DNA from: Acholeplasmataceae bacterium
GTDB lineage: Bacteria > Bacillota_I > Bacilli_A > Acholeplasmatales > Acholeplasmataceae
Assembly (NCBI GenBank): GCA_963675245.1
Contig: OY775910.1
Coordinates: forward strand, 1,152,001-1,216,000
Length of the DNA: 64,000 nucleotides
Reading direction: 5' to 3'
The stretch's first letter is position 1. Each line of letters opens with the position of its first letter. Under the pieces are notes generated by a model. That model did no database searches, had not been told where the DNA came from, and was given only the letters and a program-made list of their open reading frames with translations. A program made the position numbers and the translations under genes. Positions 16,372 to 26,317 of this stretch are shown piece by piece.

Positions 16372-18944
16372 TTTGGAATGTTAAAGAATTCTTCCATCAT
16401 ATCATCAATTGCTTTCGGTTTAGATATGACATAACCTTGTATATATGTGACATGATGTTTTTTACAATAATCGATTTGTTCTTGGGTTTCAGTGCCTTCC
16501 ACTACAACCGGTTTATGCATGTCATGGATAATACTGATCATACGTTGTAATGTAAGTCCATCATCCTTATCCGGATAACCCATCATAAATTGTTTATCGA
16601 TTTTAACATAATCGACTTCAATGGACTTTAATGAGCTAATGGATGAATAACCTGTACCAAAGTCATCAATCGCGATTTTGATATCATATTGATGAAGCAT
16701 GTTGATAATTTTATTAGTACGTTCGATATGATCAATGTAGATACTTTCCAATATTTCAAACGTGAATGTAGATGAAGGAATCTGACTCTCTTCTATCACT
16801 TTGATGAGCTGGCTGATGACATAATCATTACCAAAATCAAAACCCGATAAGTTAATTGAAATTCTAAAATTCTCTGGTAATAAAGCCAAATAAGGCTTGA
16901 TATCATGAATCACAAGGTTTAATACCATCAGTGATAAGTGATTTATATAAAAACTACTTTCTATGATAGGAATGAATTCATCCGGATAGATTTGTCCTAA
17001 CGTATCGTTATGCCATCTAAGCAGTGCTTCGGCACCTTCAAAGTGATCATTTTCAAGATTTTTTTGAATTTGATAATTTACATAGAATTCATTGTTTTGA
17101 AAGCCGTCATCTAACGCTTTATAAATTTGATGTCTGCGTTTAATATTCATCTTCATGTCAGGATGATAAAAATGATGTCTCGTGTGTTTATGATGATCCA
17201 AACATGACATCGTGATGATTAAGGCATCAATTAGTGATGTTAAATGATCAACATCATCATTAGCCTGAGCAAGGGATAGTGTATATGTAAATTCATTGTT
17301 CGTCTCTGGCAAAAAGCGATAGAAATCGACTAAATTATCGATTTGTTCAATCATCTGATTAAATTCATCTGGCTTCACATTAACGTATAGCATGATCTGA
17401 TTAAGCTTCGGTATCATGATCTCAAATTGAGGTGAAAGCTTTTGACGTAAGAAGTTAGCAAAATCATAAGAATCGGCATGATTAATGGTTAACATCATGA
17501 GTGTACTTTCACTTACAATAAATTCAAAAAGATTTAATAATAACTTGATATCATGAATTTCTTCATCGATATTTTCAACATAGTTTAAATAATTATTAAA
17601 CGATATTTTTGGTTCTGAAAAAATACCAATATAATGTTTATCTCGTTTTCCAAATGCGAGTTGTTCCTTGATTCTAATGTATTTTAATATGTAAATACCT
17701 GATTTAGAAATATCCCAATTATGACCACTAAAATCGACAGTTTGAGTTGGATCAATGTCTGGCGTTAATTGAGGGACTTGTAATACAAATTGAACATTTT
17801 TTAAAAAGACATCATCAAGATTGTAACCATAAATACGGGTAAAGGCATCATTGACATAAGTGAATCTAAGTTTACCATCAGAAATAATGACGGCATTTTC
17901 ATTTTGGGCAGTAAGATAACTATTCGCGTTTAATTGTAGTTTTGTTTCATTGTTAGCCCGCATCATATAACTAATGACACCAATAAACGTTAATAAGACA
18001 AAATTAATCGTAATCATGACCCAAAGGTGGTTTAAAATATAATAACCACTTTGATTCATAGCGGCGTTTAAATCATATAAAATGAAAATCTCAATATACG
18101 TATCAGCATCAATAATATAATCTTCTTGATATGCTCTAATATCGAATTCTCTAGATATGGCTTCTTGATTTTCAACCAGATCTGAAATGATTTCTTCAGA
18201 TAAAGAATTATCCGAAATAGGCTGAATTTGATTTAATTCACGATCAGCAATCCACACAGAACCACTACTAATTAACCCAAGTCTTAGATAATCAATATCT
18301 GTTTCAGAATACATCGAGAAAACAGATAAAAAAGATTCTGCATCATAATCAACAATTAAATAACTAATGACCACATCATCTTGAATCAGTGGCAGAATAA
18401 AGGTTAAGATAGGTGTATCTTCAACCATCTTCAGTTTTGAAATATGAATCAATTGCATGTCTAAATTCATGATGGATGTGTAATATGATTCATGAGTCAC
18501 ATCCCCAAGATTATCATTTAATACTAATAAGGTGTCATCGCTTCTTGTTAATTGATAGAAGATATCACCATTTGGATTAACTAGTTTCACATGGATAAAA
18601 TTTTCTTGGTTGGTGGATATGCGGTATAACAGCATTTCAAATTCATTTAAATTGGTATTGGATTGATCTGCTAAATAAGCTTGTGTCTCGTTCGCGTCTT
18701 TAATAACAAAAAGATCATTGTGAAGAGCTTCCATACGCGTATTGATAAATAAATCAATACCTCTGATTTCACTTAACGCGTTACTTTCTAATCCAGTTAC
18801 AATGGCGTCCCTCTGTGCATTTTGAATGATGATGTAAGCACCGTTCATAACCACAAAAAGAGGGATAATAAAAATTAAAAACCATCCCACATGTAAAAAG
18901 GTCTCTTTGATATTTCTGATGATTTTAAGTACGGCAGACCTCAT
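16359..18944 (-). CDS. Membrane c-di-GMP phosphodiesterase paralog 3 (sensor-PAS-degenerate GGDEF-like-EAL)
   Basis: Same architecture. EALLRW, SINLS, FEILES, DDFGTGYSS, KIDKQF, EGTET, QGY. SD GGAG. Confidence 0.9.
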   Translation of the reverse strand: MRSAVLKIIRNIKETFLHVGWFLIFIIPLFVVMNGAYIIIQNAQRDAIVTGLESNALSEIRGIDLFINTRMEALHNDLFVIKDANETQAYLADQSNTNLNEFEMLLYRISTNQENFIHVKLVNPNGDIFYQLTRSDDTLLVLNDNLGDVTHESYYTSIMNLDMQLIHISKLKMVEDTPILTFILPLIQDDVVISYLIVDYDAESFLSVFSMYSETDIDYLRLGLISSGSVWIADRELNQIQPISDNSLSEEIISDLVENQEAISREFDIRAYQEDYIIDADTYIEIFILYDLNAAMNQSGYYILNHLWVMITINFVLLTFIGVISYMMRANNETKLQLNANSYLTAQNENAVIISDGKLRFTYVNDAFTRIYGYNLDDVFLKNVQFVLQVPQLTPDIDPTQTVDFSGHNWDISKSGIYILKYIRIKEQLAFGKRDKHYIGIFSEPKISFNNYLNYVENIDEEIHDIKLLLNLFEFIVSESTLMMLTINHADSYDFANFLRQKLSPQFEIMIPKLNQIMLYVNVKPDEFNQMIEQIDNLVDFYRFLPETNNEFTYTLSLAQANDDVDHLTSLIDALIITMSCLDHHKHTRHHFYHPDMKMNIKRRHQIYKALDDGFQNNEFYVNYQIQKNLENDHFEGAEALLRWHNDTLGQIYPDEFIPIIESSFYINHLSLMVLNLVIHDIKPYLALLPENFRISINLSGFDFGNDYVISQLIKVIEESQIPSSTFTFEILESIYIDHIERTNKIINMLHQYDIKIAIDDFGTGYSSISSLKSIEVDYVKIDKQFMMGYPDKDDGLTLQRMISIIHDMHKPVVVEGTETQEQIDYCKKHHVTYIQGYVISKPKAIDDMMEEFFNIPKKKD

Positions 18945-19063
18945 CGTTTACTCCCATGGATAAAAAAATTTCAAAGGACTGTTTATATGTTTAATAGATG
19001 ATGACAACGTCACTTGTTAATCTCATTATATACTAATGTATGTGTTGTATTCAATTTATATGG

Positions 19064-19098
19064 AAAAAGCTGATTATCTCATTGATTGAGATATCAGC
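19064..19098 (-). terminator. Terminator of the flavoprotein gene
   Basis: GCTGA-(T)-TATCTCA/TGAGATA-TCAGC stem. The A5 on + gives the U-tail on -. Confidence 0.7.
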
Positions 19099-19126
19099 CC
19101 TTGTTATGCTATTTTTAAGCAATTAT

Positions 19127-19969
19127 TTAGTCAAGATCGTTTTGCGTATCAAGCCAGTCATGGAAATTACGATGATGATTGAATAGTTGACCATCATTCG
19201 TTTTTAAATCGTATTGTGCACGTAATGAACTTCTTAGTAACACACCCACGATTCTACCCATGAAACGTTTTAAATAGTGTCTTTTAATTTTGTAAAAATA
19301 ATGTTTTTTATCTTTATAGTATGCATAATCAGCAGGGAAGTAAGATCGATACACAGGACTGCTTGATAAGGTTTTAAAAGTATAAAACCAACCCCAATCA
19401 TAAAGAGAAGGTGTTTTTCGCTTAAGGGATCTTAATTGACGATAGAACGTAATAGAGGTACGATTAATGCGTCTTTGTGAATGATCTTTTCTTTTAACAG
19501 GGACTGGTGCGTGTTTTAAATGAAATGTGCCAACAAACTTACCAGCTGATACAATATGACTCAATTGTTTTTCAGCCATTTTATGACCAGATAAACCATC
19601 GGTAATCACATTCAAAAATGTCTTATCAAAATTGGTTGGACGATGTGTTAAATAAGCAAGCCTATCAATAAACATTTTAAAGATGGCTGGGACACCTTGT
19701 GCATAAACAGGAGATGCTAAAATAATACCATCTGCTTGGTCCATTTTCATGTTTATCTCATCCATATCATCTGAAACAGGACAAAAGTCAACACCATGTG
19801 TTAAACATTTTTGACAACCAATACACTCTTTAAATGATTTTTCAGCTAAAAAGATATATTCACATTCAATGAGTGGATCAAACGCGATTAAATTAGAGAC
19901 GATTCTCGTCACGATATTATATGTATTTCCTTGAGATCTTGGACTACCGATAATCGCTAAAATTTTCAT
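19127..19969 (-). CDS. Flavodoxin-fold NADPH-dependent FMN reductase / iron-sulfur flavoprotein-like
   Basis: GSPRSQGNT FMN loop, C-x2-C-x2-C-x7-C (CIGCQKCLTHGVDFC), ILASPVY, FIDRL. Confidence 0.85.
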   Translation of the reverse strand: MKILAIIGSPRSQGNTYNIVTRIVSNLIAFDPLIECEYIFLAEKSFKECIGCQKCLTHGVDFCPVSDDMDEINMKMDQADGIILASPVYAQGVPAIFKMFIDRLAYLTHRPTNFDKTFLNVITDGLSGHKMAEKQLSHIVSAGKFVGTFHLKHAPVPVKRKDHSQRRINRTSITFYRQLRSLKRKTPSLYDWGWFYTFKTLSSSPVYRSYFPADYAYYKDKKHYFYKIKRHYLKRFMGRIVGVLLRSSLRAQYDLKTNDGQLFNHHRNFHDWLDTQNDLD

Positions 19970-19993
19970 GATATCTCCTCATTGTAAAAAAAT

Positions 19994-20045
19994 AAAAAAA
20001 GACTACCTCTACGAGCGGTATCTGGGTGTTATTTATCTTTACACA
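19994..20045 (-). promoter_or_regulatory. Candidate attenuator in the flavoprotein leader
   Basis: On - strand: TGtTATAAT (20057-20049), then AGATACC-GCTCGTAGA-GGTAGTCT plus T run, ending ~25 nt before the ATG. Confidence 0.5.
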
Positions 20046-20210
20046 TTTATTATAACAAACCTTCACCTTTTAATACTATGACAAATTTGGCAATTTTCTG
20101 AAAAATTTCATGAAAATATCCATAAAAGTCAGTGATTTGTCGTTTTTTGGTATAGACTTATGTATATGAATAAATTATAATAGTAATAATATATGATTGG
20201 AGGGATTTAC

Positions 20211-22175
20211 ATGAATCAAATACCACTTGATCATTTCTTGCACTATAAGTTCGTATCAAATTTAAAAACAAGTCCAAATCGTAAGAGATTGGTCTTTATG
20301 GCGAGTTATGCTGACCTAGAAAAAAACGATTATAAAGGTATTCTTTATCACATTGAGAAAGGGAAAGCGATGCGTTTGATTCGCTTAAAAGATGCAGATT
20401 CATTTGTTTTTGAAACAGAAGATACGATTCTTATCCCTCTAACCAAAAATAAAAAAGAAGAAAAATTAAAAAAAGATAAAAAAACGGTATATTACAGATA
20501 TAATTTTGTGAGTAAAAAAGTCGAACAAGCTTACGTCTTTAATGCCCCATTATCAGTTGAGAAAGTATTACCAGATGGTAAGTTATTATTAAACGGTATG
20601 TTAACAGATGATGAGATGGCGTTACTTTCAGTTGAAGATAAAAAAAGAAAAGGGCTTCTTGAATCACTGAAAAAAGAAAAAGCTTATGAAGAAATCGATC
20701 AAATTCCTTTCTATTTTAATGGACCAGGATTTATCGCAAACAAAAAGAGTCGATTATTCATTTATGATCCAAAAGATAAATCAATTAATCAAATTTTTGA
20801 TGAATCATTTCATGTCGAGGGATTTAGAGCAAATAACGATTCAATCTATGTGCATGGTTATGAACTACAAGATGTGATGCCACTATATAATGATTTTTAT
20901 CGTTATGATCTAAAAACAGGAGATGTTGAAGCACTTCTGAAGAATGATTCATTTATGATAAATGGATTAGAACTTGTCGGGGATCGTGTCGTCGTTCTAG
21001 CAAGCCAAGGTGAAAAATATGGCTTAAATCAAGACCCGGATTTTTATGTCTTGAAAAATCATCAACTAGAGCTTTTATCATCGTTTGGTTATAATGTTGG
21101 AAATTCGATTGGATCTGATGTAAGATACGGAAAGAATTCACAGACCATGGTCGTTGATGAAGAGTTATATTTTGTTGAAACAGTTGATGATCATACGGTC
21201 ATTAATAAAGTTGAACTCGATGGTAATATCATCCATGTCTGTGATATGCATGGTGCAGTAGATGGTCTTGCTTATTTTGAGAATGAATTATATTTGGTGG
21301 GTCAATATAGACAAAAACTACAGGAAGTTTATCGCATTTATGAAGATAAACTGACACAAGTATCCAGTTTGAATTCATCAGTGCTTAGAGGTTATTATGT
21401 TGCTAAACCAAAACGCATTGATGTCAGACGTGATGATTATGATGTGACTGGGTTTGTCTTACTCCCTGAAGATTACGATCCAGATAAATCTTATCCAGCC
21501 ATTTTAGATATTCATGGTGGTCCTAAAACAGCATATGGTCAAGTTTACTATCATGAGATGCAATATTGGGTTAATGAAGGATACATTGTCTTTTATTGTA
21601 ACCCTACAGGGTCTGATGGTAAAGGTGGTGAATTTGCCGATATAAGAGGCAAATACGGTACGGTAGACTATGAAGATATCATGGCGTTTACCGAAAAAGT
21701 ATTAAGAAAAATTAAAAACATCGATAAAGAAAGATTATATGTCACTGGTGGTTCATATGGTGGCTATATGACAAACTGGATTGTTGGACACACAAATATT
21801 TTTAAGGCAGCTGCGACACAACGTTCGATATCTAATTGGATCTCATTTCACGCAACATCTGATATCGGATATTATTTCGCAAGTGATCAAAATGCAGCAC
21901 ACCCATTTGATAATTTGGAAAAGCTTTGGGATCATTCTCCACTAAAATTTGTTAAAGAGATTGAAACACCACTATTATTCATTCATTCTGATGAGGACTA
22001 TAGATGTCCGATAGAACAAGCAATGCAACTATTTGTCCCATTAAAAGAACGTGGTATAGACACGAAGTTCATCTGGTTTAAAGGTGAGACACATGAGTTA
22101 TCAAGAAGTGGTAAACCACAAGCAAGGATTAAACGATTAAAAGAAATTACTGAGTGGTTTGAAACCCACTTATAA
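20211..22175 (+). CDS. S9 family (S9C acylaminoacyl/dipeptidyl) peptidase
   Basis: IHGGP, nucleophile GGSYGG, HSDEDYRC (Asp), ETHELSRSG (His). Promoter TAGACT-17-TATAAT and SD GGAGG before ATG 20211. Confidence 0.92.
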   Translation: MNQIPLDHFLHYKFVSNLKTSPNRKRLVFMASYADLEKNDYKGILYHIEKGKAMRLIRLKDADSFVFETEDTILIPLTKNKKEEKLKKDKKTVYYRYNFVSKKVEQAYVFNAPLSVEKVLPDGKLLLNGMLTDDEMALLSVEDKKRKGLLESLKKEKAYEEIDQIPFYFNGPGFIANKKSRLFIYDPKDKSINQIFDESFHVEGFRANNDSIYVHGYELQDVMPLYNDFYRYDLKTGDVEALLKNDSFMINGLELVGDRVVVLASQGEKYGLNQDPDFYVLKNHQLELLSSFGYNVGNSIGSDVRYGKNSQTMVVDEELYFVETVDDHTVINKVELDGNIIHVCDMHGAVDGLAYFENELYLVGQYRQKLQEVYRIYEDKLTQVSSLNSSVLRGYYVAKPKRIDVRRDDYDVTGFVLLPEDYDPDKSYPAILDIHGGPKTAYGQVYYHEMQYWVNEGYIVFYCNPTGSDGKGGEFADIRGKYGTVDYEDIMAFTEKVLRKIKNIDKERLYVTGGSYGGYMTNWIVGHTNIFKAAATQRSISNWISFHATSDIGYYFASDQNAAHPFDNLEKLWDHSPLKFVKEIETPLLFIHSDEDYRCPIEQAMQLFVPLKERGIDTKFIWFKGETHELSRSGKPQARIKRLKEITEWFETHL

Positions 22176-22180
22176 TGGAT

Positions 22181-22205
22181 AAGGAAGCTTCCACGCTTCC
22201 TTTTT
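22181..22205 (+). terminator. Rho-independent terminator
   Basis: AAGGAAGC-TTCCAC-GCTTCCTT plus T run. Confidence 0.75.
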
Positions 22206-22264
22206 CTTTGCGTATTATTATTGTTGATATTATGATAGAATATTAACAGACTATAAATATTAGA

Positions 22265-23278
22265 TTGGAATTATTCATGGACGCATTTATATTCGCGATA
22301 AACGCGATATTGCCGATTCTCTTATTGTTTTTATTTGGTTATGGTTTAAAGTATTTTAAAATCTTTGATCGATCCTTTTTTATCCAATTAAATAAATATG
22401 TTTTCAGAATTGGATTACCGGCATTACTCTTTTATAAGATCTACACGATCGAAGACTTAGGACAAATTAAATGGGAACTCATTGCTTTCGCGATTATAGC
22501 GATTCTTGTGATGTTCACATTAGGGTTAATATCGGTTTTACTCTTTGTTAAAGATGACCACAAAAAGGGTGTTATTTTACAAGCTGTATTTAGATCAAAT
22601 TTCGCTTTAATAGGACTCCCGTTAGCTGACGCATTAGGTGGACCAGAAACGGGTCAATATATCGCTTTACTCTTCGCCTTCGCTATTCCATTAACCAATA
22701 TATTAGGTGTCGTTTCACTCACCATGTTTCAAAAGGATGAGCTTGGTCGAATCAATGTTGGTTTTATGTTTAAAAACATTGTCACAAATCCGCTGATTAT
22801 AGCGGTAGTGATGGGGATTATATCACTTTCGATAAGAGGTTTTATGCCAGTTATTGATGGTGAAATTGTCTTTTCAATTCAACGGGATTTACCGATTATT
22901 TTTAAACCGTTAAACTGGATTGCCAATACAGCTACACCAATGGCACTCATCGCCTTAGGTGGACAGTTTGAAATGAATGTCGTTAAAAGTTTAGCGAAAG
23001 ATATTATTCATGGCACCATATGGCGAATTATTTTAGTCCCTAGTATTGTTTTAACGACAGCTTATTTTTTAAGAAATATATTTCCAGCATTACATGATGC
23101 CTTTCCTGCACTCATCGCGTTATTTAGTGCACCAGTCGCTGTTTCATCAGTGATTATGGCACATGAAATGAAAGGTGATGATCAGCTTGCAGGACAACTT
23201 GTCGTTTGGACATCCATTGGATCAGTATTTACGGTATTTATTATTGTTGTTGTCTTTCGAAGTTTAGGTATGCTATAA
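22265..23278 (+). CDS. AEC (auxin efflux carrier) family permease
   Basis: About 10 TM helices. VFRIGLPALLF, RSNFALIGLP, TNPLIIA, PMALIALG, PVAVSS. Start may be ATG 22277. Confidence 0.88.
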   Translation: MELFMDAFIFAINAILPILLLFLFGYGLKYFKIFDRSFFIQLNKYVFRIGLPALLFYKIYTIEDLGQIKWELIAFAIIAILVMFTLGLISVLLFVKDDHKKGVILQAVFRSNFALIGLPLADALGGPETGQYIALLFAFAIPLTNILGVVSLTMFQKDELGRINVGFMFKNIVTNPLIIAVVMGIISLSIRGFMPVIDGEIVFSIQRDLPIIFKPLNWIANTATPMALIALGGQFEMNVVKSLAKDIIHGTIWRIILVPSIVLTTAYFLRNIFPALHDAFPALIALFSAPVAVSSVIMAHEMKGDDQLAGQLVVWTSIGSVFTVFIIVVVFRSLGML

Positions 23279-23302
23279 AAACACCATTCAGGTGTTTTTT
23301 TT
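23277..23302 (+). terminator. Rho-independent terminator
   Basis: AAAAACACC-ATTCA-GGTGTTTTT plus TTT. Confidence 0.75.
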
Positions 23303-23369
23303 ATGATTGAAAGTGCGAAAATGGCTTATCTGCCCAATTGCTAAAACTGTTAAAATATTCCAAAAATTT

Positions 23370-23412
23370 AACCCCTTATAGTCGCTTGACAAAGCGGTTA
23401 TAGGGGGTTTTT
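23370..23412 (+). other. Orphan 18-bp RNA hairpin (three G-U pairs) upstream of the pot promoter
   Basis: AACCCCTTATAGTCGCTT-GACA-AAGCGGTTATAGGGGGTT plus TTT. Confidence 0.6.
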
Positions 23413-23432
23413 ATAAAAAGTAATTTTATATG

Positions 23433-23460
23433 TTGACATCTGAAAAAAATAGTGTATAAT
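23433..23460 (+). promoter_or_regulatory. sigmaA promoter of potABCD
   Basis: TTGACA, 16-nt spacer, TATAAT. Confidence 0.75.
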
Positions 23461-23494
23461 TCTATCATGGAAATATGAATGGAGGAATGATGCG

Positions 23495-24607
23495 TTGGAG
23501 AAAAAACCGCTCATTGAGTTAATCCACATAAGCAAGTCTTTTGATGATGAGCTTGCTGTTGTTAAAGACATGAATTTAACCATTTATGAAAATGAATTCA
23601 TCACACTTTTAGGTCCTTCTGGTTGTGGTAAATCGACCACATTAAGAATGATTGGTGGTTTTGAAACACCTAATGAGGGACAAATTGTCATCGATGGTAA
23701 GGTCGTCAACGATCTTCCCCCTTATGCACGACCGATCAATACGGTTTTTCAACGTTACGCTTTATTCCCACATCTTAACGTGACTGAAAATGTCGCCTTT
23801 TCACTGAACAATCGGACGAAAGATTATCTGGTTCTTTTTTTTGGACTGAATAAAGATGATAAGAATCTTAAAAAACAGATCAAAGATAGTATTGATAAAG
23901 CTGTTAAAGAAGCGTTAGCACTTGTTAAACTCGTCGGTTATGAAAACAGAAAAATTACTCAGCTATCTGGTGGTCAACAACAACGTGTTGCACTTGCAAG
24001 AGCACTCATAAATAAACCTGAAATATTACTTTTGGATGAGCCACTCGCTGCACTGGATTTAAAGCTTAGACAAAATATGCAATATGAATTAAAAGAAATG
24101 CAACGAAAATTAGGTATTACCTTCATCTTTGTGACCCACGATCAAGAAGAAGCAATGACGATGTCAGATCGTATCGCCGTCATGAAAGATGGCGTCATTC
24201 AACAACTTGGTACACCAAAACATATTTATAATGAACCAATCAATCGCTATGTCGCAAATTTCATTGGTGAATCAAATATGTTTGAAGGTGTCTTCACAAG
24301 AAAAGATCGTGTATCTTTTTTGGATACAGAGTGGGCATGCACAGGATATCAATTTAAGGATAATGAATTAGTTGATGTCGTCATCCGTCCTGAAGACTGG
24401 GATGTTGTAAAACCAGCACTTGGTAAACTAGTTGGCACAGTTACATCCGCTATCTTTAAAGGTGTACATAACGAATATACTGTTGAAGTAGATGGTAAGT
24501 TTATTGATATCAACGATTATGAGTCATATCAAGTTGGTGATCAAATCGGTTTAAAAATCGATCCATATGAAATCCATCTCATGAAAAAGGATTTGACACA
24601 TGGATAA
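23495..24607 (+). CDS. potA: Spermidine/putrescine ABC transporter ATPase
   Basis: GPSGCGKST, VFQRYALFPHL, LSGGQQQRVALARA, LLLDEP, FVTHDQEEA. TTG start with SD GGAGG. Confidence 0.93.
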   Translation: MEKKPLIELIHISKSFDDELAVVKDMNLTIYENEFITLLGPSGCGKSTTLRMIGGFETPNEGQIVIDGKVVNDLPPYARPINTVFQRYALFPHLNVTENVAFSLNNRTKDYLVLFFGLNKDDKNLKKQIKDSIDKAVKEALALVKLVGYENRKITQLSGGQQQRVALARALINKPEILLLDEPLAALDLKLRQNMQYELKEMQRKLGITFIFVTHDQEEAMTMSDRIAVMKDGVIQQLGTPKHIYNEPINRYVANFIGESNMFEGVFTRKDRVSFLDTEWACTGYQFKDNELVDVVIRPEDWDVVKPALGKLVGTVTSAIFKGVHNEYTVEVDGKFIDINDYESYQVGDQIGLKIDPYEIHLMKKDLTHG

Positions 24608-25445
24608 AAGCTTCAAGAAGATGGGTTTACCATATGTCGGATGGCTCTTCTTATTTGCGTTACTACCGATTCTTGTCATGTTTGTCTTATCTTTTATGAA
24701 TACATTCCAAGCGGACTTTTCAAGACCGTTTAGTTTTACACTACAGCATTTTGATAATCTCTTTTCCGTATCAACAGGACTCGCTTTAGGTACGTCCTTT
24801 CTTTATGCTTTCTTAACAACAATGATTACATTTGTTTTAGGGTATATGATTGCTTATACGATTTTTAGATCAAAGATTAAAAATAAGTTCATGGTATTAA
24901 CCATCTTCATTATGCCAATGTGGTCTAATATGTTACTTAGAATGACAATGTTAAGAAGTTTAATGCTTGAACACAATATGTTTACATCGATCATTAACCA
25001 ATTGTTTGGTACAGATATTAGCTTTGTTAAATTAACGGGAACAAGTATTGGTGTCATTATTGGGCTAGTGCTTATGTATTTACCATTCATGATTCTACCC
25101 ATTTATACTGCTTTAGAAAAGATTGATGTTGCGTTAGAAGAAGCCGCTCTAGATTTAGGATTAACAGAGTTTAAAAAGTTTTGGAAGGTCATCTTTCCAT
25201 TATCACTCAAAGGTGTAGCAACCGGTTCAATTCTTGTTTTCTTACCGTCAATGAGTGGGTTTGCTATTCCAGAAATTATCGGTGATGGCAACATCGTTTT
25301 AATTGGTTCTAAAATTCAAGTCGCTTTCTTTAATAATAATAACTACAATTTAGTATCTTTATATTCCATTGTCTTGCTCATTGTTATATTAGGCGCACTC
25401 TTTGCCATATCAAAGGTTGATAAGGAAGGAGAGATGTTATTATGA
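24600..25445 (+). CDS. potB: Spermidine/putrescine ABC permease
   Basis: PMWSNMLLR, YLPFMILPIY, EAA loop LEEAALDLG. Confidence 0.9.
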   Translation: MDKSFKKMGLPYVGWLFLFALLPILVMFVLSFMNTFQADFSRPFSFTLQHFDNLFSVSTGLALGTSFLYAFLTTMITFVLGYMIAYTIFRSKIKNKFMVLTIFIMPMWSNMLLRMTMLRSLMLEHNMFTSIINQLFGTDISFVKLTGTSIGVIIGLVLMYLPFMILPIYTALEKIDVALEEAALDLGLTEFKKFWKVIFPLSLKGVATGSILVFLPSMSGFAIPEIIGDGNIVLIGSKIQVAFFNNNNYNLVSLYSIVLLIVILGALFAISKVDKEGEMLL

Positions 25446-26317
25446 CCGAACACAAACAATATCAAGTAGCCAAAATCACAGATTATGGTTATCGCGATTA
25501 CCGGGTATTTAAGAAAGTTCAGCATATCGTCTTTAAAGTCCTTGTTGGTATTCTGATTTTATCTTTATATATTCCAGTGATTATGCTTGCCATTCAATCT
25601 GTTAATTCGATTGATAATGCCTTATCGATTGATTATGGACATATCACGTTTAAATGGTACTTAACGATGTTTGAAGAGGATAATTTGACAGACGCGATTG
25701 TGGTGACATTGATCACGAGTGGTATCTCAACATTATTATCCGTTGTCATTGGTACACTCGCAGCAATTGGGATTTACAGTTTTGAAAAAAAGACACGTCA
25801 ACGTTTCATGTTGTTAAACAATATACCCATTTTAAATGCAGATATCGTGACAGGTATTTCTGTCATGATGATTAGTTCATTAATTATAAGACCAATCATT
25901 CCAACCATATTTGGCTTACCAACGCTTGTCATTGCACATCTATTTTTCTCTATTCCTTATGTCATTTTAAATGTCATGCCAAAATTAAAGGAAATGGATC
26001 CTAATTTAATGGATGCTGCACTTGATTTAGGCGTTAAACCTTATAAAGCATTATATAAGGTGATTGTACCAGCAATTACAGCTGGTATATTTGCAGGGAT
26101 GCTTCTAGCATTCACAATGTCAATTGATGATTTCGTCATTAGTTTATTCAATAGTGGTAGTACATCAAATCTATCAAAATGGGTGTATGCCCAATATAAA
26201 AGGTCACCTACACAAAGGGTGTCCGCGTTTTCTACACTTTTAACCGTGATGACCATTGTTTTAATGTTCATCTATGGACTCATCAATAATTATAAAAAAA
26301 GGAGAAATGAAAAATGA
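25442..26317 (+). CDS. potC: Spermidine/putrescine ABC permease
   Basis: NADIVTG, IAHLFFSIPY, DAALDLG, AFTMSIDDF. Confidence 0.9.
   Translation: MTEHKQYQVAKITDYGYRDYRVFKKVQHIVFKVLVGILILSLYIPVIMLAIQSVNSIDNALSIDYGHITFKWYLTMFEEDNLTDAIVVTLITSGISTLLSVVIGTLAAIGIYSFEKKTRQRFMLLNNIPILNADIVTGISVMMISSLIIRPIIPTIFGLPTLVIAHLFFSIPYVILNVMPKLKEMDPNLMDAALDLGVKPYKALYKVIVPAITAGIFAGMLLAFTMSIDDFVISLFNSGSTSNLSKWVYAQYKRSPTQRVSAFSTLLTVMTIVLMFIYGLINNYKKRRNEK

Noticed and set aside
20029..20046. uORF MCKDK in the flavoprotein leader
   Set aside because: The ATG lies only 2 nt past the -10 box, probably upstream of the TSS, and has no well-spaced SD.
23805..23890. ~20-aa insertion in PotA
   Set aside because: Insertions in this part of PotA occur in Mollicutes, and the catalytic motifs are intact.
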